This document shows positions 7,835 through 17,710 of a stretch of DNA of 64,000 nucleotides, in pieces; positions within the stretch are counted from its first letter, which is position 1; each line of letters opens with the position of its first letter. Source of the stretch: Chromatiales bacterium (lineage in GTDB: Bacteria; Pseudomonadota; Gammaproteobacteria; JAHELT01). The notes under the pieces are model-generated. The model saw nothing but the letters and a program-made list of their open reading frames with translations, searched no databases and was not told where the DNA came from. Where the stretch lies: assembly GCA_024644045.1 (NCBI GenBank), contig JAHELT010000005.1:8149-72148 (forward strand), given 5' to 3'. The position numbers and the translations under genes were made by a program.

Positions 7835-9412
7835 CTAGTACCACTGATCTTTCGCCGCCCGCTTCTTTCTGTTCATGAAATCCAGCAGTGCCTCGTCGAC
7901 GGCGGGATCCATCGCCGGGCGTTGATACTCGGCCAGCAGCCTGGTCCAGTGCTCGTAGGCGCGCTGCTGCATGTCCTTGCTGCCATCGTCAGTCCACTGC
8001 TCGAAGGATTTCGTGTCGCTCAGGGTCGAGTGGTAGTTCGTCTTGAAGTTGCGCAGGGTGTGTGCGGTGCCAAGAAAATTCGTGCCGATGCCGGCCTCGA
8101 GGTAAGCGTCTGCGCCGAGATCGTTGTCGTCCAACGCGAGCCCCTGAACCTGGCGCGCGATGCCGGCGCAACGATCCGCGTCCATGACGAACTTCTCGTA
8201 GCCGATGCTCAGACCGCCCTCGAGCCACCCCGCGGCCTGAAACACGAAATTCGCACCCGCCATGATCGCCGGATTCATCGTGTCCGCCGACTCCATCATG
8301 GCCTGTGCGTCTGCGATCTTGGAGGCGGTCAGATGGCCGCCGCAGCGAAACGGCAGCCCCAGCCGTCGGCACAGCTGTGAAATCGCCAGACAGGCGAGCG
8401 TGGATTCAGGGGTCCCGAACGTAGGTGCGCCGGTCTTCAGATCCATGGTGGTGAGGAAGCTGCCGTACACCACGGGCGCGCCTCTACGCACCAGCTGCGT
8501 CAGCGCAATGCCCACCATCGCCTCCGCGTGGGCCTGTGCGATCAGTGCGCCCTGCGTGACCGGGCTCATCGCGCCGGCGAGTATGAACGGCGATACCACA
8601 TTACCCTGGTTCGCCCCCGCATAGGCACGCAGGGCACGCGTCATCGTGTCGTCATACACCAGCGGTGAATTGACGTTGATGTTGCCCTGTATAACCAGGT
8701 GTTCTTGCATGAACGCCTCGCCGAATACGATGCGCGCCATCGTCAGCGAATCCTCCGCGCGTTCCGGTGCGGTCACCGACCCCATGAACGGCTTGTCCGA
8801 GTAGCGCAGATGCGCATAAACCATATCCAGATGACGTTTGTTGACCGCGACATCCACAGGCTCGCACACAGTGCCGCTCTGGTGTTGCAGCGCGGGTGTC
8901 ATGTAAGTGAGCTTGACGAAGTTCTGAAAGTCTTCGACCGTGCCGTAACGGCGGCCGCGCTTCAGATCGGTCACGAAGGGCGAACCGTATGCCGGCGCCA
9001 GTACCAGATTATCGCCGCCGAAGTCGATGCTCCGCGCCGGTGTGCGCGCGTGCATGCGAAAGGTTCTGGGTGCGGTCTCGCAAAGCGAACGCACATGCCC
9101 CCGGTCGAAGCGCAGGCGCTCCCCGTCCACCGTCGCCCCTGCCTCCCTGAACAGCTGCAGCGCGTCGGGATCACCGCGCAGCTCGATACCGATCTCGGCG
9201 AGGATCCAATCGGCGTGATTCTCCAGCGTTACCAGCGCCTCTTCGTCAAGCAGCTTGTAGACGGGCGTCCTGCGTCGGATAAGGGCGGAGGCGGTTTGCG
9301 GGCCCCGCTGACACTCGGCGAGATGTGCGGCGCGGCCGCCCCGGCGCCCCCGGCGCCGCGCGGGAACACCCGCGGGCGTGCGGTCCGAGGGCGGTGTGGA
9401 AGCGTCTCGCAT
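7835..9412 (-). CDS. MttB-superfamily (trimethylamine/glycine-betaine:corrinoid methyltransferase-like, non-Pyl) protein
   Basis: 525 aa with an N-terminal RRRGRRGGRAA motif, PVYKLLDEEAL and ...NYHSTLSD...FEQW, as seen in COG5598 MttB/MtgB homologues. Adjacent to the GcvT-family gene. Confidence 0.8.
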   Translation of the reverse strand: MRDASTPPSDRTPAGVPARRRGRRGGRAAHLAECQRGPQTASALIRRRTPVYKLLDEEALVTLENHADWILAEIGIELRGDPDALQLFREAGATVDGERLRFDRGHVRSLCETAPRTFRMHARTPARSIDFGGDNLVLAPAYGSPFVTDLKRGRRYGTVEDFQNFVKLTYMTPALQHQSGTVCEPVDVAVNKRHLDMVYAHLRYSDKPFMGSVTAPERAEDSLTMARIVFGEAFMQEHLVIQGNINVNSPLVYDDTMTRALRAYAGANQGNVVSPFILAGAMSPVTQGALIAQAHAEAMVGIALTQLVRRGAPVVYGSFLTTMDLKTGAPTFGTPESTLACLAISQLCRRLGLPFRCGGHLTASKIADAQAMMESADTMNPAIMAGANFVFQAAGWLEGGLSIGYEKFVMDADRCAGIARQVQGLALDDNDLGADAYLEAGIGTNFLGTAHTLRNFKTNYHSTLSDTKSFEQWTDDGSKDMQQRAYEHWTRLLAEYQRPAMDPAVDEALLDFMNRKKRAAKDQWY

Positions 9413-9546
9413 TGTTCGATTTTCTTGCCCCGATCACGGCCGCTGGTCAGTTCAGGCCCAGCGATTTCTCGACTATATGCCGTATCCGGGACCGGGCACA
9501 AACCTAATGATTTGCACTATTCGTTCAAATAATCTAAACATTAGAG

Positions 9547-10437
9547 ATGCGCTTCCTAGCCTACGACAGCCTGCGATTGTTCACCGTGGTCGCGCGCCAT
9601 CTGAGCTATACCGCCGCGGCCGTCGAACTCAATCTGAGCAAAGGCGCGGTCAGCTATCGGATCGCGCGACTCGAGCACGGGCTCGGTTTCAAGTTGTTCC
9701 ACCGCCAAAATCGCAGGATCTCGCTCACCGCGAAAGGGAAACGGCTGCTGAGCAATGCACGCACGGCTTTCGAGGAGCTGGAGACGGAGATCGAGACCCT
9801 GCGCCGTGACGGCCGCAGCGTGGTCACGATCGGTATGTCGACCTATTTCGCTTCGCGCTGGCTTTCGCCGCGGCTGATGACTTTCACGAGCCGGTTTCCG
9901 GCTGTCGGACTTCGGCTGCAACCCACGGTCGGTCCGGTCGACTTGCGCACGCAGGATATCGACATGGTAATCCGTTGGGGTAACGGTAAGTGGACCGACC
10001 TCGAGATCGAACGACTGTTCGACTGCCCTGCCTTCCCGACAGCGGGCGCTGCGATGGCACGCGCCGTCGAGAAATCCGGTCTGACGTCTGCATTGGAGAA
10101 GGCCACGCTGCTGCACGACTACGAAGGAAGCAACGCCTGGCGGAACTGGTTTCACGTGGCCGGCATGCCGTACCCCTCACAGCGCGAGGATCTCGTGATC
10201 CCTGATCCGAACGTGCGCGTACAGGCGGTCATCGACGGGCAGGGCGTCGCGTTGAATGACGCGCTGGTAAATCCCGAGCTGGAGGCCGGCAGGCTGTTTC
10301 GGATTTCCGAAGTTCGCCTGACAGATTACGGTTACTTCCTCGCCTTTCCCCGGCAGGCGCTCGACAACCCGGCGTTGAAACAGTTTCTCGACTGGATCAC
10401 CCAGGAGGCGCGCGGCGAGAAAGACACGTCATCCTGA
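9547..10437 (+). CDS. LysR-family transcriptional regulator (divergent from mttB-like gene)
   Basis: N-terminal HTH region LRLFTVVARHLSYTAAAVELNLSKGAVSYRIARLE, 296 aa. Confidence 0.9.
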   Translation: MRFLAYDSLRLFTVVARHLSYTAAAVELNLSKGAVSYRIARLEHGLGFKLFHRQNRRISLTAKGKRLLSNARTAFEELETEIETLRRDGRSVVTIGMSTYFASRWLSPRLMTFTSRFPAVGLRLQPTVGPVDLRTQDIDMVIRWGNGKWTDLEIERLFDCPAFPTAGAAMARAVEKSGLTSALEKATLLHDYEGSNAWRNWFHVAGMPYPSQREDLVIPDPNVRVQAVIDGQGVALNDALVNPELEAGRLFRISEVRLTDYGYFLAFPRQALDNPALKQFLDWITQEARGEKDTSS

Positions 10438-10616
10438 AGCGCGCGGGAAATCGAGTGCGATAGCCTGATTGTCGACAGCGGATCGGCTGCACGCCGACGA
10501 ACCGCTGCAAGGCAGACAGACGTAACAAATGTTGACAATGGGCTGGGGGGAAACTGCTAATCTGCCCAGCCGGTTTTTTCGCTTCCGGCGACCGCCAACC
10601 AAAGGAGAGATAAACA

Positions 10617-10823
10617 ATGTCTGTTGCACGAGTCACCGAGATCATAGCGCAATCGTCCAAGGGCTTCGACGAAGCGCTGCACGATGGTATCAAGCGCGCC
10701 AACAAGACCCTGCGCAATGTCAAATCGGTGTGGATCAAAGATCAAAGCGTCGACCTGAACAAGAAAGGCGCCATCGACACGTACCGCGTGGCCTTGAAAG
10801 TAACTTTCGTTCTGGAGGGCTGA
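10617..10823 (+). CDS. Dodecin-family flavin-binding protein
   Basis: 68 aa (MSVARVTEIIAQSSKGFDEALHDG...YRVALKVTFVLEG); size and pattern are typical of dodecin. Confidence 0.75.
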   Translation: MSVARVTEIIAQSSKGFDEALHDGIKRANKTLRNVKSVWIKDQSVDLNKKGAIDTYRVALKVTFVLEG

Positions 10824-11375
10824 GTGATGGAGCTGCTGGACGCCATTCTGGGCGCGGGCGGCGGTCGGGTGCTGCAACAGCTCTCCGGCCAGCACGGGCT
10901 CAGCACCGACCAGACCCGCAGCGCGCTGGAGCAACTCGTGCCCAACCTGGCCAACGGGGTCAATCGCAACGTAAGCCAGGCGGGTGGTCTGGAAAGCCTG
11001 CTGGGCGCGCTGCAGAAAGGCCGCCACGGCGACTACCTGGAACGGCCCGAAAAGCTGACGGACGAAGCCACGCGCCAGGATGGTAACAACATCCTCGGTC
11101 ATCTGCTCGGGAGCAAAGAGGAAAGCCGGCGCGTCGCGGGCGAAGCGGCACAGAACACGGGCCTCGACGCCGGCATTCTGAAAAGCCTGCTGCCGGTTGC
11201 AGCGACCCTGGTCATGGGTGCCCTGAGCAAGCAGACCGCCGCCAACGACAACCCGCTCGGCAACCTGCTCGGCGGGCCAGGCGATCTGCTCAGCGGCCTG
11301 CTTGGCGGTGGCGGCGCGGGCAAGAGCACCGGCACCGACGTGGTCAGCATGCTGGGACGTTTTCTGAGCAAGTAA
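10824..11375 (+). CDS. DUF937 (YidB-like) family protein
   Basis: 183 aa, Gly/Leu-rich (MELLDAILGAGGG...LLGGLLGGGG); the start overlaps the dodecin stop. Confidence 0.65.
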   Translation: MMELLDAILGAGGGRVLQQLSGQHGLSTDQTRSALEQLVPNLANGVNRNVSQAGGLESLLGALQKGRHGDYLERPEKLTDEATRQDGNNILGHLLGSKEESRRVAGEAAQNTGLDAGILKSLLPVAATLVMGALSKQTAANDNPLGNLLGGPGDLLSGLLGGGGAGKSTGTDVVSMLGRFLSK

Positions 11376-11611
11376 CCGGCCGGCCGGCGTTGCGGATCAC
11401 GCGAACTGCGAATTCGCGCCCGACGACCGGACCTTAATCCTTCTCAAACCACGAGCACGAGCACGACCGGGCGCCAGGCGTCCGGTCGGCCTGTCGCCGC
11501 GTGGTCCGCCCGTAAGCTCTAACAATTGTTCACAGAATGCGTCTTTACTGCGGCGTGCCAAACCCCGATTCTCACGTCCCGACAACACGAACCGCCACCT
11601 GAGGAATCTTC

Positions 11612-11911
11612 ATGGATATCGTATCGATTGGCGTCAGTCTGCTCAGCGGCGCCGTAGGCGGCAACCTCGCCGGGAACCTGATGAAAAACCTGAGCCTCGG
11701 CACCCTGGGCAATTCGCTGGTCGGCATTCTCGGCGGCGGCATCGGCGGGCAGATACTGGGCGCGCTGGGCGTCGCTGCCGGCGGCGCCGGCGGTGAAACG
11801 GTGGATGTGGGCGCGCTGATCGGCAGTGTGGCATCCGGCGGCGTTGGCGGCGGTGTCCTGCTGGCGGTGATCGGTGCCGTCAAGCGCGTGCTGGCGCCCA
11901 GCGGAAACTGA
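11612..11911 (+). CDS. Glycine-zipper small membrane protein (GlsB/YeaQ/YmgE-like)
   Basis: 99 aa with GxxxG-rich helices and LLAVIGAVKRVL near the C-terminus. RBS GAGGAA precedes the ATG. Confidence 0.4.
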   Translation: MDIVSIGVSLLSGAVGGNLAGNLMKNLSLGTLGNSLVGILGGGIGGQILGALGVAAGGAGGETVDVGALIGSVASGGVGGGVLLAVIGAVKRVLAPSGN

Positions 11912-11999
11912 TTCAGGCCGCCGGCGCTAGTTTCTGTCATCCGCACACGGTGCCGCGCCGCGGCGACAACATCAAAGCAAAACCCGGACCTCTATTTCA

Positions 12000-12284
12000 A
12001 TGCTTTGCGCTTTAATCGTACTGGCGATGGCGCTCGGCGGATTGATGAGCTGGCTGTTGCGGCCGGTTGCGGCCGACGCCTCGAAGGCAGCCGCCGCCGA
12101 CATCGCCACCATCATGCAACTGCGCACCGAGCTCACCGATACGCGGCGCCGGTGCATGGAATGCGAGGCGCAGAATACCCGTCTGCGCTACGAGCTGAAC
12201 ACGCACTTGGCGTTCCCGGGTGGTACGACGCGGCACGCTGACAGCACCGTGCGGGAGAAAACAAGGCCGGGCACCCCGGTCTGA
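12000..12284 (+). CDS. Hypothetical small membrane protein
   Basis: 94 aa with an N-terminal TM helix and no homology recognised. Weak call. Confidence 0.2.
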   Translation: MLCALIVLAMALGGLMSWLLRPVAADASKAAAADIATIMQLRTELTDTRRRCMECEAQNTRLRYELNTHLAFPGGTTRHADSTVREKTRPGTPV

Positions 12285-12371
12285 CAACGGTTTCTGGTGC
12301 GGCGTCAGAGTGCAGACTGCGTCGCGCCCTTTTTTCACCCGTTCACCGCCGCCGGCGCGAAACCTCTTCCC

Positions 12372-13415
12372 TTAGAACAGGAACACGCCCTTCCCCGTGG
12401 TCTGCTTGTCGAACAGCGCGTAGGCTTCCTCGGCCTGCTCGAGCGAGTACCGGTGGGTGAAGATGCGCTCCAGCTGCACCCCGCGCTCGGCAATGAAGCG
12501 CGCGCACTCCGCCTGGCCGAGGCTCGAGAAGGTCCACGAGCCGATTATCGTGAGCTGCTTACGGATCATGTCGTTCGAGACATCGAGGGTTACCGTGTTG
12601 CCCTCGCCCACGAAACACACCGTGCCCCAGGTGCGGGTCGCGTGCACGGCCTGAAGGCGCGCCTCGGGTGAGCCGCTGCAGTCGATGGCGAGCTCGACAC
12701 CGCGTCCCCGGGTAGCCGCGCGAATCGCCTCGACCGGGTCTCCGTCAGCGGCGTTGATAATCGCGTCAGCGCCGAACGACGCTGCGATGGCGAGGCGCTC
12801 GCTCGAGATATCCAGTGCGATCACGCGCGCGCCCATCGCGTTCGCGAGCGTCACCATGCTCAAGCCGACCGGCCCCTGACCGAACACCGCGAGCGTGTCG
12901 CGCGCCGTCAGGCCCATCCGCTGGATCGCCCCGAATGCCGTGCCGGTGCCGCAGGAAACGGCCGAACCCTCCGCGAAGGACAGCGCCTCGGGAAGCGGCA
13001 CCAGCGTGCTCACCGGGACGGCCATGTACGGCGCATGCGCGCCGTGACCGGTCGCACCGTAGACGACGAAACCCTCAGGGCACAACTGCTGCCAGCCGGA
13101 GCGGCAGTGGGGGCACACGCCGCAACCCTTGTAATGGTGGCACATCACCCGCGCTCCATCGGGTGCAAGCGTTTCAGACACGTTCGCCCCCCGCGCCACC
13201 ACGACGCCGCAGGGCTCGTGCCCGCCGATGATCGGGCTGCCGTCACCGCCCAGCCCCAGCGACTTCGCGCCCTCCGCGGCCCGGTAGAAGTGCAGGTCGC
13301 TCCCGCACATTCCGGACGCCTTGATCTCGAGCACCACCTCGTCGGGCCCGGGCGACGGATCGGGAAACTCCATCAGCTCGAGCTGCCGGCTGCCTTTGAA
13401 AACCACGCCTTTCAC
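12372..13415 (-). CDS. Zinc-dependent alcohol dehydrogenase (MDR family)
   Basis: GHEPCGVV and CGVCPHC zinc motifs plus a GxGxxG Rossmann motif (VFGQGPVGL). GTG start with RBS AGGGGGA. Confidence 0.9.
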   Translation of the reverse strand: MKGVVFKGSRQLELMEFPDPSPGPDEVVLEIKASGMCGSDLHFYRAAEGAKSLGLGGDGSPIIGGHEPCGVVVARGANVSETLAPDGARVMCHHYKGCGVCPHCRSGWQQLCPEGFVVYGATGHGAHAPYMAVPVSTLVPLPEALSFAEGSAVSCGTGTAFGAIQRMGLTARDTLAVFGQGPVGLSMVTLANAMGARVIALDISSERLAIAASFGADAIINAADGDPVEAIRAATRGRGVELAIDCSGSPEARLQAVHATRTWGTVCFVGEGNTVTLDVSNDMIRKQLTIIGSWTFSSLGQAECARFIAERGVQLERIFTHRYSLEQAEEAYALFDKQTTGKGVFLF

Positions 13416-13448
13416 TGCGCTCCCCCTGACGTCATCGGCCGACGGCCA

Positions 13449-14954
13449 TCAGCCGACCACGAACGGGTTGGCCACCTCTTCGGCGGTGGAAATCCACACG
13501 CTCTTGGTCTGCAGGTACTCGCGGATCGCCTCCTGGCCGAGCTCGCGCCCGAGGCCGCTTCGTTTGTAACCGCCGAAGGGCGTGGTGTAGCTCAGCGCGC
13601 GGTAGGTGTTCACCCACACCGTGCCCGCCTGCAGCCGCCGGGCCATGGTGAAGGCGCGGCGGATGTTCTCCGTCCACACGCCGGCCGCCAGGCCGAACAC
13701 CACATCGTTGCCGATCGCTACCGCCTCGTCGTCGTCGGTGAAAGGGATCACGGAGAGCACCGGGCCGAACACCTCCTCCTGGGCGATGCGCATGTCGTTG
13801 CGCACCCCGGTAAAAATCGTCGGCTCGACGAACCAGCCGTCGCCGCACTCCGGGCGTTGGGCTTTACCGCCGCCGAGCACGGTTTGCGCGCCCTCACCCT
13901 TGGCGACATCGATGTAACCGAGCACCTTCTTGTACTGGGGCAGGTTGGTCACCGGACCGACCTGGGTGTCGAGCTCCATCGGGTTGCCCATCCTGGCAGT
14001 GCGGGCGAAGTCGACCAGCCGCTCGACGAACTCGTCATGCACGCTGCGCTGCACCAGCAGCCGCGAGCCGGCCACGCAGGTCTGCCCGGTCGCGGCGAAG
14101 ATACCGGAAACAGCGCCCTTCACCGCGTTGTCCATGTTGGCGTCCGCGAACACGATGTTGGGCGACTTGCCGCCGAGTTCCAGGCTCACGCGCTTGATGT
14201 CCCTGGCAGCCTCGGAGTAGATGTGCGCGCCGGTGCGGTCGGAACCGGTGAAGGCCACCTTGCGCACCAGGGGATGCTCGATGAGGGGCTGACCGGCTTC
14301 CGGGCCGAAGCCGGTGACGACGTTCACGACGCCTTTGGGGAAACCCGCCTGCTCGATCAGCTTGACGAACTCGAGCGTCGACGCCGAGGTGTACTCCGAG
14401 GGCTTCACCACCACGGTGTTACCGGCTGCCAGCGCGGGCGCGAGCTTCCAGGCCGTCAGCAGCAGCGGCGAGTTCCACGGGATGATCGCCGCGCAGACCC
14501 CCAGGGGCTCATGCAGCGTGTAGGTGAAAGCGGCCTTGTCGTTGGGAATAACCGCGCCTTCGATCTTGTCGGCGAGACCGGCGAAGTAGTGGTAGAAGCT
14601 GGGCGCGTACCGGAGCTGCGCCGCCATTTCGCTCAGCAGCTTGCCGTTGTCCTTCACCTCGAGCTCGCCCAGGCGCTCGGCGTTCTCGGCCACCAGGTCG
14701 CCGAGTCTGCGCAACAGCGCGCCGCGCTGGCTGGCGTTCAGCGCGGGCCACGGGCCGCTCGTGAAAGCGCGATCAGCCGCCTTTACCGCACGGTCCGCGT
14801 CCTCGGCGTTGCCGCGCGCGATGAGGCACCAGGGCTTCGCGGTATAGGGGTCGAAACTCTCGAACCAGTCGCCCGACGCCGAGTCTACGAACTCGCCGTC
14901 GATGTACATTTTAAGCTTGGGAAACGTGTCCCGCGCTTTCATCGGCGTTGCCAT
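13449..14954 (-). CDS. NAD(P)-dependent aldehyde dehydrogenase
   Basis: ALDH motifs ELGGKSP and FTGS...CVAG are present. Start set at MATPMK with RBS GGAGA; the ORF track's longer start was rejected. Confidence 0.9.
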   Translation of the reverse strand: MATPMKARDTFPKLKMYIDGEFVDSASGDWFESFDPYTAKPWCLIARGNAEDADRAVKAADRAFTSGPWPALNASQRGALLRRLGDLVAENAERLGELEVKDNGKLLSEMAAQLRYAPSFYHYFAGLADKIEGAVIPNDKAAFTYTLHEPLGVCAAIIPWNSPLLLTAWKLAPALAAGNTVVVKPSEYTSASTLEFVKLIEQAGFPKGVVNVVTGFGPEAGQPLIEHPLVRKVAFTGSDRTGAHIYSEAARDIKRVSLELGGKSPNIVFADANMDNAVKGAVSGIFAATGQTCVAGSRLLVQRSVHDEFVERLVDFARTARMGNPMELDTQVGPVTNLPQYKKVLGYIDVAKGEGAQTVLGGGKAQRPECGDGWFVEPTIFTGVRNDMRIAQEEVFGPVLSVIPFTDDDEAVAIGNDVVFGLAAGVWTENIRRAFTMARRLQAGTVWVNTYRALSYTTPFGGYKRSGLGRELGQEAIREYLQTKSVWISTAEEVANPFVVG

Positions 14955-15208
14955 GGGGGGTATCTCCTGTCGCATCCTCAGCGTCGCGGCAACGAGGGAT
15001 CCACGTGATCCCACGGCTGCTTGAACTGCGAATATACAACCATCTGGGGTTGGTAGGCACTCGGATCGTCGAGCGTCGCGGCATGCAAGACGAGATACTC
15101 GGGTACGCGGAAGAGGTCTTCAGAACCGGGCTGCCGCAGTCGGCGCAGAAGCCGCTGTTGACCGTGTTCCTGACGGGTGCCGGAACGAATCCGCTCAGGG
15201 GCCACCAA

Positions 15209-15409
15209 TCACGCTATTCGCCTTCCGGACTGCAGCCCGCTGCGCCCCAGCCCGCCGGTCAGCAGGTCGTCGCTCACACCGTCATAGACGTTGTGGACAA
15301 CCGGCCCATACACGAAGTGCGGCGGGCGCGGTGCCGAAAGCGCAGCGGGTGAGGTGAGCGTAGCCAACAGGCCACCGGTCGAAAGGATGCTGATGAGCGT
15401 TGTTTTCAT
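15209..15409 (-). CDS. Small secreted protein (66 aa); possibly an N-terminal remnant of a 3-hydroxybutyrate-oligomer-hydrolase-like gene
   Basis: Start MKTTLISILSTGGLLATLTSPAALSA (signal peptide) with a strong RBS (GGAGGAG). YDGVSDDLLTGGLG resembles the N-terminus of 3HB-oligomer hydrolases, whose remaining ~600 aa are absent here. Confidence 0.4.
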   Translation of the reverse strand: MKTTLISILSTGGLLATLTSPAALSAPRPPHFVYGPVVHNVYDGVSDDLLTGGLGRSGLQSGRRIA

Positions 15410-15515
15410 AATCTCCTCCTGAGGTTGGGACCGGCCCGGTGGTAGCACGGATCGTAGAAGCACCGGTGCCTTCACAGATGGACATAGTTTGAGTTCACAG
15501 CCGAAATTATCGAGT

Positions 15516-16307
15516 TCAATTGTTTCTGTTGTCCTGCAGCAACAGCATGCTTCCCTGGTCGACCTGAATGAGTCCGCGTTTCGGCCGGTCGAGGTCGATG
15601 ATGATGAACACGATCATCGCGATCAGGAAAGCCACCATGATCGTCGGCGCCACCACCCGTCGACCGCTCAATCCGCTCGAGTAACCCAGCATACTGCCGG
15701 AGGCGATAAACACGATAAACAGCAGCACAAGCACGACTTCCGGCACGTGCATCTGAAGCAACGCATTTCTTTTCCCCTGGCTGTCGATAAGCTCATTGAG
15801 CGATGTGATGAACGCCCCGGTCGTCACCGGGCGTGGATCATCCTGCGCCGCCATTACCGCCAGTGACCAGAGCGCGTTCTGGAGCCGTGAAATCTGACCG
15901 TCGTATTGCTTTCGTTCTTCACGCCTCGTCAGGTCCAGTTTACCGATAGCAATACGCAGAGCGATGTACTCTTCAAGCAGACGTACGGCTTTTTCCCGGT
16001 ATTGTTCGGGCAGCAATTGAACGCGCAGTTCGACGGTGCCGATTGCATTTGCTTCGGCAATCAAGGCCTGGCTGCGTCCGTCAAATCGCTGCATCGACAT
16101 GCTGAACGTGAAGCCGAGCAGCAGTGCCAGCAGGCCCAGTATGCTCGCCTGAATGGCGCCGGTCAGTGTCTTGATTTCGGTATCGGTGCTGCCCTGGACG
16201 AAACGGCCGATCCGGAACCCGATCTCATTAGATACAACGAGTAGTCCAAATAGCGTCGCGGTGATCGCGATGCTGGAGAAGTCATACAGAAGCTGCTGCT
16301 GATCCAT
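15516..16307 (-). CDS. Membrane protein with two TM segments flanking a coiled-coil (DUF4239-like)
   Basis: 263 aa. Hydrophobic segments sit at the N-terminus and at ~aa 195-245, with a central charged helical region. Confidence 0.55.
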   Translation of the reverse strand: MDQQQLLYDFSSIAITATLFGLLVVSNEIGFRIGRFVQGSTDTEIKTLTGAIQASILGLLALLLGFTFSMSMQRFDGRSQALIAEANAIGTVELRVQLLPEQYREKAVRLLEEYIALRIAIGKLDLTRREERKQYDGQISRLQNALWSLAVMAAQDDPRPVTTGAFITSLNELIDSQGKRNALLQMHVPEVVLVLLFIVFIASGSMLGYSSGLSGRRVVAPTIMVAFLIAMIVFIIIDLDRPKRGLIQVDQGSMLLLQDNRNN

Positions 16308-16391
16308 AGTCCGTAAAATTCCTTGTGCGGCCCCAGGCGTCGGTCACGACGTACCGTTGGACAACCGTCCGGTCATCAACACAGGCTGATC

Positions 16392-16990
16392 TCATCGCAT
16401 CGGCTCGATGCGCTTGTCAGCCGCCAGCCTGTTCCTCGTCAACACATGGACAGACCATACAACGACGCCGGCACCCGCGAGGATCGCAATAACCAGCACT
16501 TCATAACGTTTCACATCACCAATGATGAGTTCGAGCGTGTGTCCGAAAAGATAGCCCAACGTGCCAATGACGGTCGCCCATGCAGCGGCACCGAGCGTGT
16601 TCAATACCAGGAAGCGGGACGGTGAAATACTCGAGGCGCCTATCAGGAACGGTGTTACCGTGCGCAGCCCATAGAGAAACCGGAAGCCCAGAACGAGCCA
16701 CAGCTGGTGGCGCTCCAGCAACCGGAACACTTTCTCCGATTCCGCTTTCCAGCCCCGCCGTTTTTCAAGCAATCCCTTACCCTTCACTCGACCGATATGG
16801 AAATACAGCTGGTCGCCGGCCAGCGTGCCCGGAAACGCGCACACTATGACCCAGGGCAATTCCAGGTAGCCTGGGCCGCGAAACCGGCAAGCACAAGGAT
16901 TGTTTCGCCCTCGAGGAAGGTACCGATGGCTATCGCCGCGTACCCGTACGTTGCTATCAGTTCTTCCAGCGGCCTGTCTCGATCCGGTTC
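16392..16990 (-). pseudogene. DedA/VTT-domain membrane protein gene disrupted by a 1-nt frameshift (and lacking a canonical start)
   Basis: The N-terminal DedA signature (PLEELIATYGYAAIAIGTFLEGETILVLAGFAAQA) sits in one frame and runs into a stop. It continues as GYLELPWVIVCAFPGTLAGDQLYFHIGRVKG... in the +1 frame, with the junction near 16863-16875. No ATG/GTG is found upstream. Confidence 0.5.
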
Positions 16991-17116
16991 GGGCGTGGGC
17001 CCGGTCGGCGATGATACCGGATATGGCGCGCAGTATGGGGGCGGAGGTCGCCGCAGCGGACCGGATGCGGCCGTCGACCGGCTGACTGCTATCGGGTACG
17101 GCGCCTTCGGCGCCGC

Positions 17117-17587
17117 TCAGGTGTGGTGGCTGAACCGGGCGCGCCGCGACCCCGTCATGAGTCGCGCGAACTGCTGGGCGCTGACGCGGATCAGCTCTTC
17201 ATGATCGCCGGCCTCGAAGTAGATCTCCGGCTGCTCGGCGAGACTGTCGTCAAGCACCGTTTCGATGCCGTAGACCGCGCCCAGCGGCGGAATCGCGCCA
17301 GTGACGCAGTCGTCGAACAGCGTCTCGACCTCTTCCTCGGTGGCCAGACCGAGCCGGCGGTCGAGCGCGCGCCCCAACCGTCCGATGTCCACCCGGTGGG
17401 TCGAGGGAACCACCGCCACCAGGTACCCCCGGTCGTCCTCGAGCAGGACCGACTTGGCAAGCCGGTCGCCCGGCAGGTGCGCCGCCGCGGCGGTCCGTGC
17501 GCTGGAAGGCGCGTAGTCGTGCTGGATCACGTCGAAGGCAACGCCATGGTCGTGCAGGTAGTCTTGCACAGAGCGGGCAATGGTCAT
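17117..17587 (-). CDS. YbaK/ProX-family aminoacyl-tRNA deacylase
   Basis: 156 aa (MTIARSVQDYLHDHGVAFDVIQHDYAPS...) with RBS AGGAGG N7 ATG. The listed 639-aa ORF upstream of this start is an antisense shadow. Confidence 0.8.
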   Translation of the reverse strand: MTIARSVQDYLHDHGVAFDVIQHDYAPSSARTAAAAHLPGDRLAKSVLLEDDRGYLVAVVPSTHRVDIGRLGRALDRRLGLATEEEVETLFDDCVTGAIPPLGAVYGIETVLDDSLAEQPEIYFEAGDHEELIRVSAQQFARLMTGSRRARFSHHT

Positions 17588-17710
17588 GGTGACTCCTCCT
17601 GTTCCCGCTGGCACGTCGTCCCTCGACGCGCTTTGGAAACGTGTGAACAGGTTACTCTGATCGAAGTATAGTTCCCGGGTCAGGGATCCGCGAGGCAGAG
17701 ACACGCCACC

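Noticed and set aside
13035-15008. 657-aa plus-strand ORF
   Set aside because: Antisense shadow spanning the ADH and ALDH genes; its composition is typical of GC-rich non-coding frames.
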